DNA of 64,000 nt from Bdellovibrionales bacterium (GTDB taxonomy: Bacteria; Bdellovibrionota; FAC87; UBA2466), in NCBI GenBank assembly GCA_005776395.1, contig SXPJ01000103.1:64695-128694 (forward strand). Direction: 5' to 3'. The notes under the pieces were generated by a model. It made no database searches, was not told where the DNA came from, and saw only the letters and a program-made list of their open reading frames with translations. Positions within the stretch are counted from its first letter, which is position 1, and each line of letters starts with the position of its first letter. A program made the position numbers and the translations under genes. Positions 9,096 through 19,799 of the stretch are shown here, piece by piece.

Positions 9096-9872
9096 TTAAA
9101 TAACTTTGGCTTCTTCTCTAAGCAATCGAACCAACTCTTTGACTTGAGTTGCAGCATCACCTGCGATTTTTTTGCCCGCGGCCCTTTCAGGAGGAAGTTG
9201 ATAATCTGAATCTAACGTCTTACTGGTTTCTGAGCCCAAGCCTAAGTCTTGAAGAGTGTAAGTTTTGATCTCTTTTTTCTTGGCCTTCATAATTCCGGGT
9301 AAGCTTGCGTAACGAGGGGTGTTGATTCCCTTATTAACTGCAATGACCGCAGGAAGTGAGGTCTCGATAATATTTTTTGCCCCTTCATCACCTTCCTGTT
9401 CTAAAGTCGCTTGGGTTTTATTAAGAGAGATATCGCATTTTACGATAACTGAAGCACTTGGATATTGAAGAAGTTCAGCAACGTAACCGAAAGTTGCGGC
9501 TTGATCATCATCGATTGCCTGTTTACCAGTGAAAATGATTTGAGCATTTTCTTTTTTGCAAACTTCAGCGATGGCTCTTGAAACCAAGTAGGTGTCTAAA
9601 GTCCCGTCTGTTTTAACGTGGACTGCATTATCAGCTCCCATAGCTACCGCAGTTCGTAGAGCTTCAACCGTTCGATCAGGGCCTACCGTAACTACTGTGA
9701 CTGAGCCCTCTTTGAGTCTCTCTTTAGTTTTAAGTCCTTCTTCGATTGCAAATTCATCATAGGGATTAATGATCCACTTGATGTCATTGGTTTCGATATT
9801 ATGTTTATCAGCTGTGATACGAACTTTAGTTTCGGTATCGGGAACCTGTTTAACAAGCACAATAATATTCAT
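9096..9872 (-). CDS. etfB: electron transfer flavoprotein beta subunit
   Basis: MNIIVLVKQVPDTETKVRI... N-terminus typical of EtfB. Confidence 0.9.
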   Translation of the reverse strand: MNIIVLVKQVPDTETKVRITADKHNIETNDIKWIINPYDEFAIEEGLKTKERLKEGSVTVVTVGPDRTVEALRTAVAMGADNAVHVKTDGTLDTYLVSRAIAEVCKKENAQIIFTGKQAIDDDQAATFGYVAELLQYPSASVIVKCDISLNKTQATLEQEGDEGAKNIIETSLPAVIAVNKGINTPRYASLPGIMKAKKKEIKTYTLQDLGLGSETSKTLDSDYQLPPERAAGKKIAGDAATQVKELVRLLREEAKVI

Positions 9873-9892
9873 AGAGTTACCTTTTCTTTAAA

Positions 9893-11041
9893 TTAATCTT
9901 TGAGTAAGTGTCTAGCGATAAGCACTCGTTGAATTTGACTGGTGCCTTCATAGATCTGGACCAATTTCACATCGCGCATAATTTTTTCTACAGGATACTC
10001 TTTGGTGTAACCATAGCCACCGTAGATTTGAACTGCATCTGTAGCGACCTCCATGGCCATGTCTGCAGCATGACGTTTAGCAAGAGCTGAGAAATAACTA
10101 CCTTGCTCGTCTTGCCCCTTATCAATTAGCCAAGCAGCATTATAGCAAAGAAGCCTAGCTGATTCGATTTTAACAGCCATATCTGCCAACATAAACTGGA
10201 TAGCTTGAAAATTTGCGATGGGTTGTCCGAACTGTTTACGTTCTTTGGCGTAATTTTTTGAATAGTTCATTGCGGCTCTGGCTGCGCCTACAGCACCGGC
10301 TGCAATAGGGGTTCGAGTTCGATCAAGGGTTCGCATGGCAATTTTAAAACCTTCACCCATTTTCCCAATTAGATTTTTCTTGGGGACTTGAACATTTTCA
10401 AAGGTGATGGAGCGAGTGTCAGAACATCGCTGTCCAAGTTTATTTTCGTGTTTACCCAATGAAATTCCGGGAAGATTCGCAGGGACTGCTAAACAAATGA
10501 TGCCTTTTGTTTTTAATTCCTTATTTGTGGTGCAAAATACAGTGAACAGATCTGCGTGCCCCGCATTGGTGATCCACATTTTAGAACCATTCAAAATAAA
10601 ATAATCTCCCTCTTCTTTTGCCATCGTAGAGAGCGAACCTGCATCAGAACCAGAACCGGGCTCGGTGAGACAGAAAGAGGCTAGTTTGGGAGAACTTAAA
10701 AAGGGAACCACAAATTCTTCGATTTGAGCCTCGGTGCCACCTAATAAAATCGGATAGAGCCCTAAAGTATTAACTGCGATACTAGTGGTCATCCCTAAAC
10801 AGCCAGCCCCCATCTCTTCATTGATGATGACGTCCCCTAGAACCCCTAATCCTAACCCTCCGAACTTCTCGGGAATCGCGATATTCATTAAGCCGGTTTG
10901 CCAGGCTTTATTGATAATCTCGCGGGGAAATTCGCTTGTTTCATCGTATTTTGCAGCATTAGGAATAATTTCTTGCTGAACAAACTTTCTGACCATATCT
11001 CTTAAGGCTACTTGTTCATCACTTAGGGAAAAATCTAACAT
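9893..11041 (-). CDS. acyl-CoA dehydrogenase (short/medium-chain type)
   Basis: ACAD N, middle and C domains; catalytic-region motifs (YEGTSQIQR). Confidence 0.9.
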   Translation of the reverse strand: MLDFSLSDEQVALRDMVRKFVQQEIIPNAAKYDETSEFPREIINKAWQTGLMNIAIPEKFGGLGLGVLGDVIINEEMGAGCLGMTTSIAVNTLGLYPILLGGTEAQIEEFVVPFLSSPKLASFCLTEPGSGSDAGSLSTMAKEEGDYFILNGSKMWITNAGHADLFTVFCTTNKELKTKGIICLAVPANLPGISLGKHENKLGQRCSDTRSITFENVQVPKKNLIGKMGEGFKIAMRTLDRTRTPIAAGAVGAARAAMNYSKNYAKERKQFGQPIANFQAIQFMLADMAVKIESARLLCYNAAWLIDKGQDEQGSYFSALAKRHAADMAMEVATDAVQIYGGYGYTKEYPVEKIMRDVKLVQIYEGTSQIQRVLIARHLLKD

Positions 11042-11162
11042 GGGTAGGGCTCCTGGTTTAATTTTTTTCGCTGTAAGAAAGTATGCGGAAAAGTAGCGCT
11101 TTTCAATAGGTTTTCACTCCCCAGACTCTAGTTTTTCATGGTAATAATAAAGGATTGAATAG

Positions 11163-12761
11163 ATGGGTTTTCGGGACTCCAACGGGAAAGGGGTTTGCGT
11201 GGGAAAAAAGAATGACGCACAGGGTCGGACTGGGCTTTTAATTATTTTGGATGGTTTTGGTATTAATCCAGATAAGCATTTTAATGCCGTAGAAGGGGCT
11301 CAAATGGCCACCTACCGGGAGATTTTAGCAAAGTACCCTCATAGTGAACTTCAAGCCTCTGAGGAAAATGTAGGTCTTCCGAAGGGGTTTATGGGTAACT
11401 CCGAGGTAGGACATCTAAATCTCGGAGCAGGGCGGATTGTTTATCAAGACTTTTCACTGATCAGTAAAGCTATTGAAGAGGGAACTTTTTTTAAAAATAC
11501 AGCTTTCAACGATTTAGCTCAAAAACTAACGGGGGCAGTACGAAAGCATACACTTCATTTGATGGGATTGGTCTCGGATGGAGGGGTCCATAGTCATATC
11601 AGTCATCTATTGGCTCTGCTTCAGTGGGCGAAAAACAAGGGGCTTACCGACGTTAAAATTCATGTTTTTACCGACGGCAGAGACACCTCTCCTACCAGTG
11701 CGAAAAAGTTTGTTTCAGAGCTTGAAAGCTTTTGTCAGGATCTGGGAGTGGGCCGTATTGCTACTATCTCGGGGCGATTTTATGCCATGGATCGTGATTC
11801 CAGATGGGAACGAACTGAAATGGCTTATCAGGCGATTGTGGAAGGAAAAGCTGAGGTCTCTTTTACAAGCGCAAGCCAATTTGTGGATTCACAATATCAA
11901 CAAAACAATACAGATGAATTTATTATTCCAGGTGTAGCTCGAGGGTATCAGGGCATTCAAGATGGAGATGGAGTTATCTTTTTTAATTTCAGATCTGACA
12001 GAGCTCGTCAACTAACTCGCGCCTTAACTCAGAGTGATTTCTCTTTCTGTCGAAGAGAAAAATTCCCGGCTCTCTCGGGCTTTGTTTGTATGACCCCTTA
12101 TGATTCAAGTTTTAAATTGGCGACGGCTTATGAAAAAGCGAAGGTACCTTGGACTTTAGGCGAATTGGTGAGTCAACAAAACTGGAAGCAATTGAGGGTT
12201 GCCGAGACAGAAAAATATGCTCATGTAACCTACTTTTTTAATGGCGGCGATGAGAACTCATTTCAAGGAGAAAATCGAATTTTAATTCCTTCACCAAGAG
12301 AGGTAAAAACTTATGATCTCAAGCCTGAGATGAGTGCATTAGCCGTTACGGAAAAACTTTTATTAGAGCTCGCAACAGGAGCTTATCATTTTGCGGTTGT
12401 GAACTTTGCAAATCCAGATATGGTCGGGCACACAGGAAATTATCCTGCGGCGGTCAAATCTCTAGAGGTGTTAGATGATTGTCTAGCGAGAATCGTCGAC
12501 TGGATAGAGAGCCATTCAGCCTTTGCAATCCTTACTGCGGATCATGGAAACTGCGAAATGATGCAGGATAAAAAAGGGATGCCCATGACAGCTCACACGT
12601 TATTACCAGTTCCCTTTATTCTAATTGACCCCATGCACACAAAAGCCAAACTTAGAAAAGAGGGGAAATTGTGCGATGTAGCACCTACCTTACTTGCTCT
12701 TTGGTCGATTCCTAAGCCTGAAGTGATGACTGGCAGCAGTATGATTGAGTCATTCCAATAG
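11163..12761 (+). CDS. gpmI: 2,3-bisphosphoglycerate-independent phosphoglycerate mutase
   Basis: LLIILDGFG, SEVGHLNLGAGRIVYQD and TADHGN motifs. The true start may be the downstream GTG (VGKKND...). Confidence 0.9.
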   Translation: MGFRDSNGKGVCVGKKNDAQGRTGLLIILDGFGINPDKHFNAVEGAQMATYREILAKYPHSELQASEENVGLPKGFMGNSEVGHLNLGAGRIVYQDFSLISKAIEEGTFFKNTAFNDLAQKLTGAVRKHTLHLMGLVSDGGVHSHISHLLALLQWAKNKGLTDVKIHVFTDGRDTSPTSAKKFVSELESFCQDLGVGRIATISGRFYAMDRDSRWERTEMAYQAIVEGKAEVSFTSASQFVDSQYQQNNTDEFIIPGVARGYQGIQDGDGVIFFNFRSDRARQLTRALTQSDFSFCRREKFPALSGFVCMTPYDSSFKLATAYEKAKVPWTLGELVSQQNWKQLRVAETEKYAHVTYFFNGGDENSFQGENRILIPSPREVKTYDLKPEMSALAVTEKLLLELATGAYHFAVVNFANPDMVGHTGNYPAAVKSLEVLDDCLARIVDWIESHSAFAILTADHGNCEMMQDKKGMPMTAHTLLPVPFILIDPMHTKAKLRKEGKLCDVAPTLLALWSIPKPEVMTGSSMIESFQ

Positions 12762-12859
12762 ATTCCCAGTGGGCCCTTGGGTATAATTAAACTAGGCCTA
12801 TCTTTTATTTGCATTTAACCCTTTAGCCTCTCTTTTTTTACAAAAGGTATCTATTTCAT

Positions 12860-14590
12860 ATGTCTGCTGCCGGAAAAAAATTGGGCGAGCTTCTTTTAAA
12901 GCAGGGGCTCATTAAAAAAGAGGATCTAGAGAAAGCTCTAGAGTATCAAGATAAGAATAAAACTCGCATTGGTAACTCCTTGGTTTCTTTGGGCCATATC
13001 AATGAAAAAGTTCTAGCTACTTTTTTAAGCAAACAGTTTGGGATTCCAGCGATTTCTCTTGATGGAGTTAAGGTAGCTGAAGGGGTCGCAGAATTGGTTC
13101 CTCGTTCTCTTTGCGAAAAACATCACATAGTTCCCCTATCGATTGAGGGAAATAAAATAGCGGTGGCAGTAGCAGATCCTTCCAATTTAAATGTATCCGA
13201 TGATATTAGATTTCTCTGTAATTTAGAGCCGCAGATCTATCTTGCAACAGAAGGTGCTATTACCAAGTTAATTGCCAAAGCTTACGATAATATTTCCTCT
13301 TCGCTTCAAGAAGAATTTAACGAAATGGCTGATAGGGAAAACACTCAGGAGGGGGTCGTTCGTCCTAAAGAATCAACTGTGGCAGTGGATTCTGACAATA
13401 TCGAAGACAAGCCAGTTATTCGTTTAATTAACAAGCTTTTTTTGAATGCCATTCAAAAAAAATGTAGTGATATTCATATTGAGCCTTTTGAAAGTTTTGC
13501 GCGAGTCAGATTTAGGATCGATGGTTCACTCTATGAAGTTATGAGATTGCCTCCCCAATTTAAGGCCTCAACTTCCGCTCGGATCAAGGTGATGGCTGAA
13601 TTGGATATTTCTGAGAAAAGATTACCTCAGGATGGAAGAATTCAAGTTAAGACTCGAAATAGTAAATTGGACATTCGTGTTTCTGTTCTTCCCACTATGT
13701 TTGGTGAAAAGGTTGTGATGCGTCTTCTAGATCAGGGGAATAAGACTCCGGATTTGGCAAAAAATGGATTTGAGAAGAGTCAACTTGAGATCTTTAGAAA
13801 AGCTGCGAGTCAGCCTTACGGAATGGTGCTTGTCACAGGACCTACAGGAAGCGGAAAATCTACGACACTTTACGGAGCTCTTTCGGAACTCAATACTCCC
13901 GATGTTAATATTTCTACAGTTGAGGATCCTGTGGAATATAACATGGCTGGAGTGAATCAGACTCAGATGAAAGAGGCCATCGGAATGAACTTTGCTGCGG
14001 CCCTAAGATCTCTATTACGCCAAGATCCCGATATCATCATGGTGGGGGAGATTCGAGATCATGAAACTGCTGAAATAGCCATTAAGGCTTCACTTACGGG
14101 TCATATGGTTTTTTCAACTCTTCATACCAATGATGCTCCAGGAACAATCAGTCGTTTGCTTCATATGGGGCTGGAACCTTTTCTAATTACTGCAGCGCTG
14201 TCATTGATCGAAGCGCAACGATTAATCCGAGTTAACTGCTCTCACTGTCTGGAGCCAGATTCGCGTATTTTAGAGAGCGATCTTTTAATCGCAGAGGTCC
14301 CAGAGGATTGGATGGGAAAATTTTCCCCGATGCGGGGTAAAGGGTGTGATGAATGTGGAAATACAGGCTATGCCGGAAGACGAGGAATCTATGAGGTCAT
14401 GCCCATTTCGGAAACACTTAGAAATTTGATCATTAAGGGATCTAACACAGATACGTTAAAAGAGGCTGCGATTGCAGAAGGGCTCATAACTCTTAGAAAA
14501 AGCGCTTTATTGAAACTTTTTCGAGGAGAGACCACTTTAGAGGAAGTGTTAAATAACTCAAGACCTGATGGAGACTTAATCAAAAAATGA
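12860..14590 (+). CDS. pilB: type IV pilus assembly ATPase PilB (GspE family)
   Basis: N-terminal T2SS-E N1 domain, Walker A GPTGSGKST, and a C-terminal zinc-binding CxxC...CxxC (CSHC...CDEC). Confidence 0.85.
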   Translation: MSAAGKKLGELLLKQGLIKKEDLEKALEYQDKNKTRIGNSLVSLGHINEKVLATFLSKQFGIPAISLDGVKVAEGVAELVPRSLCEKHHIVPLSIEGNKIAVAVADPSNLNVSDDIRFLCNLEPQIYLATEGAITKLIAKAYDNISSSLQEEFNEMADRENTQEGVVRPKESTVAVDSDNIEDKPVIRLINKLFLNAIQKKCSDIHIEPFESFARVRFRIDGSLYEVMRLPPQFKASTSARIKVMAELDISEKRLPQDGRIQVKTRNSKLDIRVSVLPTMFGEKVVMRLLDQGNKTPDLAKNGFEKSQLEIFRKAASQPYGMVLVTGPTGSGKSTTLYGALSELNTPDVNISTVEDPVEYNMAGVNQTQMKEAIGMNFAAALRSLLRQDPDIIMVGEIRDHETAEIAIKASLTGHMVFSTLHTNDAPGTISRLLHMGLEPFLITAALSLIEAQRLIRVNCSHCLEPDSRILESDLLIAEVPEDWMGKFSPMRGKGCDECGNTGYAGRRGIYEVMPISETLRNLIIKGSNTDTLKEAAIAEGLITLRKSALLKLFRGETTLEEVLNNSRPDGDLIKK

Positions 14591-15666
14591 TCACTTTACC
14601 TCAACTGCTTAAGGTTATGCTCGAATACAAGGCCTCTGATATGCACCTATCAGCGGGATCTCCCCCTAGTTTTCGGGTGTTTGGTTCTATAAGTCGGGCA
14701 AAGCTTACTGCCTTAACGGGTTCTGAGACAAAAGAACTCTGTTACTCGGTTCTAACTGAGGCACAAAAAGCTCAATTTGAAGAGAAACGGCAAATTGATC
14801 TCTCTTTTGGAGTCCGAGAGCTAGGGCGTTTCAGGGTCAATATTTTCTATCAAAGAGGAACCATATCCGGGGCTTTTCGTTACATCCCTTTTGAAATTCC
14901 AAAACTTGCAACCTTGGGATTGCCTACAGTAATTAACAGTCTAATCATGAAACCTAAAGGATTGATTCTAGTCACCGGGACTACGGGTTGTGGCAAATCG
15001 ACCACTTTAGCTTCTCTAGTAAATGAACTCAACGAGACTCAACGACTTCATGTGATTACCATTGAGGATCCAATCGAGTACATACATTCGCACTCTAAAA
15101 GTTTAATCAATCAACGAGAGATTGGGGGAGATGCGATAAGCTATCCTGATGCAGTCAAAGCAGCTCTTAGAGAAGATCCAGATGTAGTTCTGATAGGAGA
15201 GATGCGAGACCGAGAGACGATGGAGACCGCGTTAACGTTAGCAGAGACAGGCCATTTGGTATTTAGTACTCTTCATACCAATGGCGCCTATCAGACGATT
15301 AATCGTATTGTTCAAGCCTTTCCTGCAGATTATCAGGAACAGGTTCGGTTACAATTATCTTTAGTTCTCGAGGGGATTTTATCTCAGGTGCTTTTAGAAA
15401 AAGCAGACAAAAAGGGGCGAGCTCTTGCGATTGAATTGATGGTTGCTAATAATTCAATACGAAATTTGATTCGTGAAAATAAAATATTTCAAATTCCTTC
15501 AGCTATGAGAGCGGGGCAAAATACGACTGGAATGATTACCCTGAATCAAAGTTTAATGAGTTTGGTGGCTGAACGATTTGTGACCTGTGAGAAAGCGCTG
15601 GAAGCCTCTCCAGATGCTGAAGAGTTAACAAAAATGATTGTGGCCTTCGAAAGAGAAGCGAGCTAG
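14587..15666 (+). CDS. pilT: twitching-motility (retraction) ATPase PilT
   Basis: GTTGCGKSTT Walker A; PilT-like length; ATGA overlap with pilB. Confidence 0.85.
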   Translation: MITLPQLLKVMLEYKASDMHLSAGSPPSFRVFGSISRAKLTALTGSETKELCYSVLTEAQKAQFEEKRQIDLSFGVRELGRFRVNIFYQRGTISGAFRYIPFEIPKLATLGLPTVINSLIMKPKGLILVTGTTGCGKSTTLASLVNELNETQRLHVITIEDPIEYIHSHSKSLINQREIGGDAISYPDAVKAALREDPDVVLIGEMRDRETMETALTLAETGHLVFSTLHTNGAYQTINRIVQAFPADYQEQVRLQLSLVLEGILSQVLLEKADKKGRALAIELMVANNSIRNLIRENKIFQIPSAMRAGQNTTGMITLNQSLMSLVAERFVTCEKALEASPDAEELTKMIVAFEREAS

Positions 15667-15675
15667 AGAAATTTC

Positions 15676-16890
15676 ATGAAATTTCAATACAAAGGATTAT
15701 CAAGAAGTCGTGAAAAGGTTGCGGGTGTCATAGAAGCGCAGGATGAAATAGAGGCAAGAATTCGCCTACGTACTATGCAAATTCGTCCTTCTAGTGTGGA
15801 AAAAGAAAGAACATCATTATTCAAAAATCAAGGAGTTAATTTTTCATTAGGAAGTCCGGTAAAACTAAAAAGCTTAATCATCTTTTCTCGTCAATTGTCC
15901 TCTTTAGTTGATTCGGGGGTTTCGATAGTTAGGGCTGTTGAGTTGCTCGAGGAGCAAGAGGTGAATAAGAGATTTAAAAAGATCTTACAGAACGTAAAGA
16001 TCTCTATTGAGTCCGGGGGAACGCTCGCTGGAGCCTTGGAGAAGTATCCGGAAGTTTTTAGTGATTTTTTTGTTAGAATTATTGAGGCTGGAGAACTATC
16101 TGGAACTTTGGATAAGTCGTTAAAAAGTATTGGTATTCAGTTGGAAAAATTAGCTAAGATAAAAGCAAAAGTTATCAAAGCTCTTACCTATCCGGCAATC
16201 ACTTTGCTTGCATCTTGTGGAGCGGTCATCTTTCTTCTCCTTAAAGTGATTCCTGAGATATCTAAACTTTATGGAAGCTCAAAGTTACCTGAAATCACTC
16301 TTTTTGTGTTGGATCTATCGGGTTGGATTCAGTCCCATTTTATAAATATTATAGGTGTGGCGGTAGCTATTCCCTTTGGATTTGTTTTTTTGTATCGAAG
16401 ACCTGAATTTAGAGAGGTTTGGGACCCTATTGTCTTGAGAATGCCTCTTTTTGGGGCGTTAGCTGTGCGTTCGTCTGTCGCGAGATTTTCAAGAACCCTG
16501 TCTACTTTGGTAGCTAGCGGTGTACCTCTATTAACGGGATTTGAGATTTGCGCTAAGGTAATCACTAATCGTGCTTTGAAAAAGAGTATTCAACAGGCTT
16601 CCAATGCAGTTAGTGAAGGAAAAAGTATTGTCGATGGACTTTCTAAGGGGGGCCATTTTCCTCCTATGGTCCTTCATATGGTTAGTATCGGTGAGATGAC
16701 CGGTCGATTAGATGAACTTCTAGGAAAAGTGGCTGAGATCTACGATGATGAGGTTGATAATACTGTGGATGCAATCACAGGTCTGCTTCAACCGCTTCTT
16801 ATTATGGGGGTCGGTGCTATTATTTTATTCCTGATGATTGCTATGTATATGCCGATCTTTAGTCTCGGAGACAAAATAAGCGCGGGGTAA
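15676..16890 (+). CDS. pilC: type IV pilus inner-membrane platform protein PilC (GspF family)
   Basis: Two GspF repeats and 3 TM helices. Confidence 0.85.
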   Translation: MKFQYKGLSRSREKVAGVIEAQDEIEARIRLRTMQIRPSSVEKERTSLFKNQGVNFSLGSPVKLKSLIIFSRQLSSLVDSGVSIVRAVELLEEQEVNKRFKKILQNVKISIESGGTLAGALEKYPEVFSDFFVRIIEAGELSGTLDKSLKSIGIQLEKLAKIKAKVIKALTYPAITLLASCGAVIFLLLKVIPEISKLYGSSKLPEITLFVLDLSGWIQSHFINIIGVAVAIPFGFVFLYRRPEFREVWDPIVLRMPLFGALAVRSSVARFSRTLSTLVASGVPLLTGFEICAKVITNRALKKSIQQASNAVSEGKSIVDGLSKGGHFPPMVLHMVSIGEMTGRLDELLGKVAEIYDDEVDNTVDAITGLLQPLLIMGVGAIILFLMIAMYMPIFSLGDKISAG

Positions 16891-16900
16891 GCCATTCTAT

Positions 16901-18664
16901 ATGTTAAGCACTGTTAAAAAGATTAAACATCAAGTGGGCCTTACGGTTCCAGGTTATTTTGGAATGGGGGAGGCCTTTAATTGGATGTTGCTGGCTAGAA
17001 TTAGTGTCTTATTTGTAATTTTATTTATCCTTCTAACAAGAAATGTTTTTGCGAAAACGGCTATGAACGAATTGGCCTTTCAGCAAGGATTATCCCTAGT
17101 CTGTTGTAGTTTTGCTATTACGTTTCTCCAGTCCTCTATTCTTAATAAAATTCAAATCAACTGGGGTTGGGTAGGTTTTAATATCGCATTTGATGCTGTA
17201 TTGACGGGTGTTTGGATTGCCTTAGGGCAGAAAGCTGAGAGTGTTTTTCCTCTTTTTTACTTGATTCAGATTCTTATCGTTTCTCTGACCTTTTATCAGC
17301 GGGGTGCCTGGATCTCTAGTTTTGCTTCGGTGATCTCTTTTGGAATTGTTACTTTCTGGAAGTTAACAGGGGAGTCGGGAGCCTTTTTTTTGTGGGGAAC
17401 CTATTCTACTATCTTTATTATTCTTGGGCTTGTGGGTGGGTTTTTAAGTGAAGAGCTAAGAAGAACTTCAGAGACTCTTAAGAAAAAAACGGTTGAGGTT
17501 GAAAAATTAACCGCTTTTCAGGAGAGAATTATTTCGGAAATCCCCACGGGGTTACTAACTGTTGATCATGAAATGAATTTGAATTTTATTAATCCAGCAG
17601 CAGAGCATATTTTGGGGGTGTTGGCGAGAGATGTTATTGGAAAACCATTAGAACAGTTAAGTAAAGAGTTGATGCCATTTTTTACACAGATAGAGTCACA
17701 AGAAATTCTTGAAGAGGAAGAGGTTGCAGATTCTCGTGAAACATCTGTTTCTGCTACGGGTAGCGAATTTCATCGTAGTGTGTTTTTGAAAGCTAAATCG
17801 GAAACGGGTGGACAGGCTCGTCTACAACAGACGGTAGAGATCGGAGTAGGCACCTCTAAACGTACACTGAGAGGAGATGTAGCTGAGATTGAAGTGGAAT
17901 CAGGGATGGGAAGATTACTTCAAACCGAAGCTAAGGGAGGAAGAGTTCTTTTGTTTCAGGATGTAACTAAGATTGTTCATCTTGAGGATAAATTAAAGCA
18001 GAATGAAAAACTGGCCGCTGTGGGACAACTAGCTGCAGGTATTGCACACGAGATAAGAAATCCTTTAGCCAGCATGTCTGCAAGTATTGAATTGTTAAAA
18101 GAGGCTGAGGAGTGGACAGATCCCGAAAATAAAAAACTCATGGAAATAACTCTTAAGGAAATTGATCGTTTGAATGGCTTGATTTCTGAGTTCCTTGACT
18201 TTGTTAAACCTGAAAAATTCAAAGTTAAAGAGATGGCACTTGAAGTTTTACTAGGAGATATTATTACGGTGGCAGCTGGAACAAAAGAGATCAAAGAGAG
18301 TGCTGAAATTAAAACCAATCTTAAATCTTGTAAGGCGCTAGCCAATGGGGAAAAACTAAGCCAAGTTATATGGAATCTTTTATTGAATGCTTCACAAGCG
18401 ATGTCCAAGAGAGGGATTATTGAAGTGGGATGTGAAGCTGTGAGCCCTCAGCGAGTTAAGTGGTGGGTTTCAGACACTGGAGATGGAATGACAGATGAGG
18501 TGTTGGCCCATATTTATGAGCCCTTTTTTACAACCAAAGCTAAAGGGACCGGTTTAGGTCTTCCGACAGCTTATAAAATCATTGAAGCTCATCATGGAGA
18601 AATCAAGGTGACTTCAGTTCATGGGAAAGGAACCTGCTTTGAAGTTTTTTTACCTAGAGCTTAG
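16901..18664 (+). CDS. PilS-like sensor histidine kinase (multi-TM N-domain, PAS, HisKA, HATPase)
   Basis: Six N-terminal TM helices, H-box AAGIAHEIRNPL, and G1/G2 boxes (DTGDGM, GTGLGL). No response regulator gene is adjacent. Confidence 0.7.
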   Translation: MLSTVKKIKHQVGLTVPGYFGMGEAFNWMLLARISVLFVILFILLTRNVFAKTAMNELAFQQGLSLVCCSFAITFLQSSILNKIQINWGWVGFNIAFDAVLTGVWIALGQKAESVFPLFYLIQILIVSLTFYQRGAWISSFASVISFGIVTFWKLTGESGAFFLWGTYSTIFIILGLVGGFLSEELRRTSETLKKKTVEVEKLTAFQERIISEIPTGLLTVDHEMNLNFINPAAEHILGVLARDVIGKPLEQLSKELMPFFTQIESQEILEEEEVADSRETSVSATGSEFHRSVFLKAKSETGGQARLQQTVEIGVGTSKRTLRGDVAEIEVESGMGRLLQTEAKGGRVLLFQDVTKIVHLEDKLKQNEKLAAVGQLAAGIAHEIRNPLASMSASIELLKEAEEWTDPENKKLMEITLKEIDRLNGLISEFLDFVKPEKFKVKEMALEVLLGDIITVAAGTKEIKESAEIKTNLKSCKALANGEKLSQVIWNLLLNASQAMSKRGIIEVGCEAVSPQRVKWWVSDTGDGMTDEVLAHIYEPFFTTKAKGTGLGLPTAYKIIEAHHGEIKVTSVHGKGTCFEVFLPRA

Positions 18665-18668
18665 AACA

Positions 18669-19799
18669 ATGGCTTTAACAGTTTGTTTAATGGCGGGGCT
18701 GAACTCTAATATATCTATTTCTGCCGAGCCAGAATTAACTGAGTTACCTGAATTGCCTACATCTTCGAAGAAGGAAGAATTATCAGCTCCTAAAATGGAG
18801 AATGAGACTTCGGGCGCTAATGGAGTGGAATCTATCCCTTTTCCCAAAGCAAAAGAAGAGGAGCTATCTCCCTCTAATAGTTTAGGATTTAATATTCGTA
18901 TTGATACAGCTTATTCTGGGGGCGGAGCTGTTTATCAAGGCTTTTCAATTCCTTCAATTCGTCTTTCTGGATTTGGTGAAGTAGATAAGTATCTTAACTA
19001 TCGTTTGTCTTTCGGACAGACTCGAGAATTTTCAACTGCAAGTTTAGCTCAAATTTTACCAGTTGAAGCATTTGTAGTATTAAGTCTCAATCCTAACTCG
19101 ACTGAAACTTATTCAAATCTAAAACTTAAAGTTGGTTTATTTTCTCCCTCTTTTAATCCGGTTTGGACACCTGATCTTAGCTATTTAAATATTCCAGATT
19201 TCAATGAAACTCATCGAGCTCTTTTCTTATCTAGAGAGGTTGGAGCCGAGTTAATGTTTGAGCCTTTTAATAAAGTCTTAGAAATGGGGGTCGGTGCTTT
19301 TAATGGAACGGGTGTTTTTGCACAAAACACCAATAATGCAAAAGCTTTTACTGCCTATCTTAAACTCAATATTCAAATGCAAAAATGGAACTTCTCATTG
19401 GGAACAGGAAATTATTTCTTAAATCAAGCTAGTCTTGGAAGTATTAACTATAAATCCACGAGAGTCTCTGATGTGTTTTTGAATATCGAAATTCCACATT
19501 GGAATACTCAGTTTGTTATTGATGGTTTTACCGCTCAATTTGATGATAGCGTTAGTGGAATAGCTCCGTTAGGAGGGGCGGCAGTGTTAAGTCTTGGGAT
19601 TACTTCTTGGTTGGGTTTATTTGGTAGATATGAATATGCCACAAAGTCTCCCGTGCTTAGTGGATGTATTAGGCAATTCCAAATTGGGCCTGAAATCTAT
19701 TTTAACCCCAGTGTTAAATCTTTTATTACCTTCACCGAGCTTGAGGCCGGTGGAAGCAAGGAGAAGACGCTTATGGTCAGGTTGAGATTGTCCATTTGA
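18669..19799 (+). CDS. putative outer-membrane beta-barrel protein (porin-like)
   Basis: Signal peptide (MALTVCLMAGL), alternating amphipathic strands, aromatic/Gly-rich. Start is placed at ATG 18669 rather than the upstream track start. Confidence 0.4.
   Translation: MALTVCLMAGLNSNISISAEPELTELPELPTSSKKEELSAPKMENETSGANGVESIPFPKAKEEELSPSNSLGFNIRIDTAYSGGGAVYQGFSIPSIRLSGFGEVDKYLNYRLSFGQTREFSTASLAQILPVEAFVVLSLNPNSTETYSNLKLKVGLFSPSFNPVWTPDLSYLNIPDFNETHRALFLSREVGAELMFEPFNKVLEMGVGAFNGTGVFAQNTNNAKAFTAYLKLNIQMQKWNFSLGTGNYFLNQASLGSINYKSTRVSDVFLNIEIPHWNTQFVIDGFTAQFDDSVSGIAPLGGAAVLSLGITSWLGLFGRYEYATKSPVLSGCIRQFQIGPEIYFNPSVKSFITFTELEAGGSKEKTLMVRLRLSI

Noticed and set aside
11578-11937. Internal or antisense ORFs nested inside confident genes (e.g. 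11578..11937, 21575..21910, 17977..18408, 30063..30362, 54898..55302, 59431..59742, 4311..4544, 10404..10604)
   Set aside because: They lie wholly inside well-supported CDSs (gpmI, GT4, kinase, Wza-like, fliP/fliQ, flhF and others) in other frames, with no RBS or domain support.
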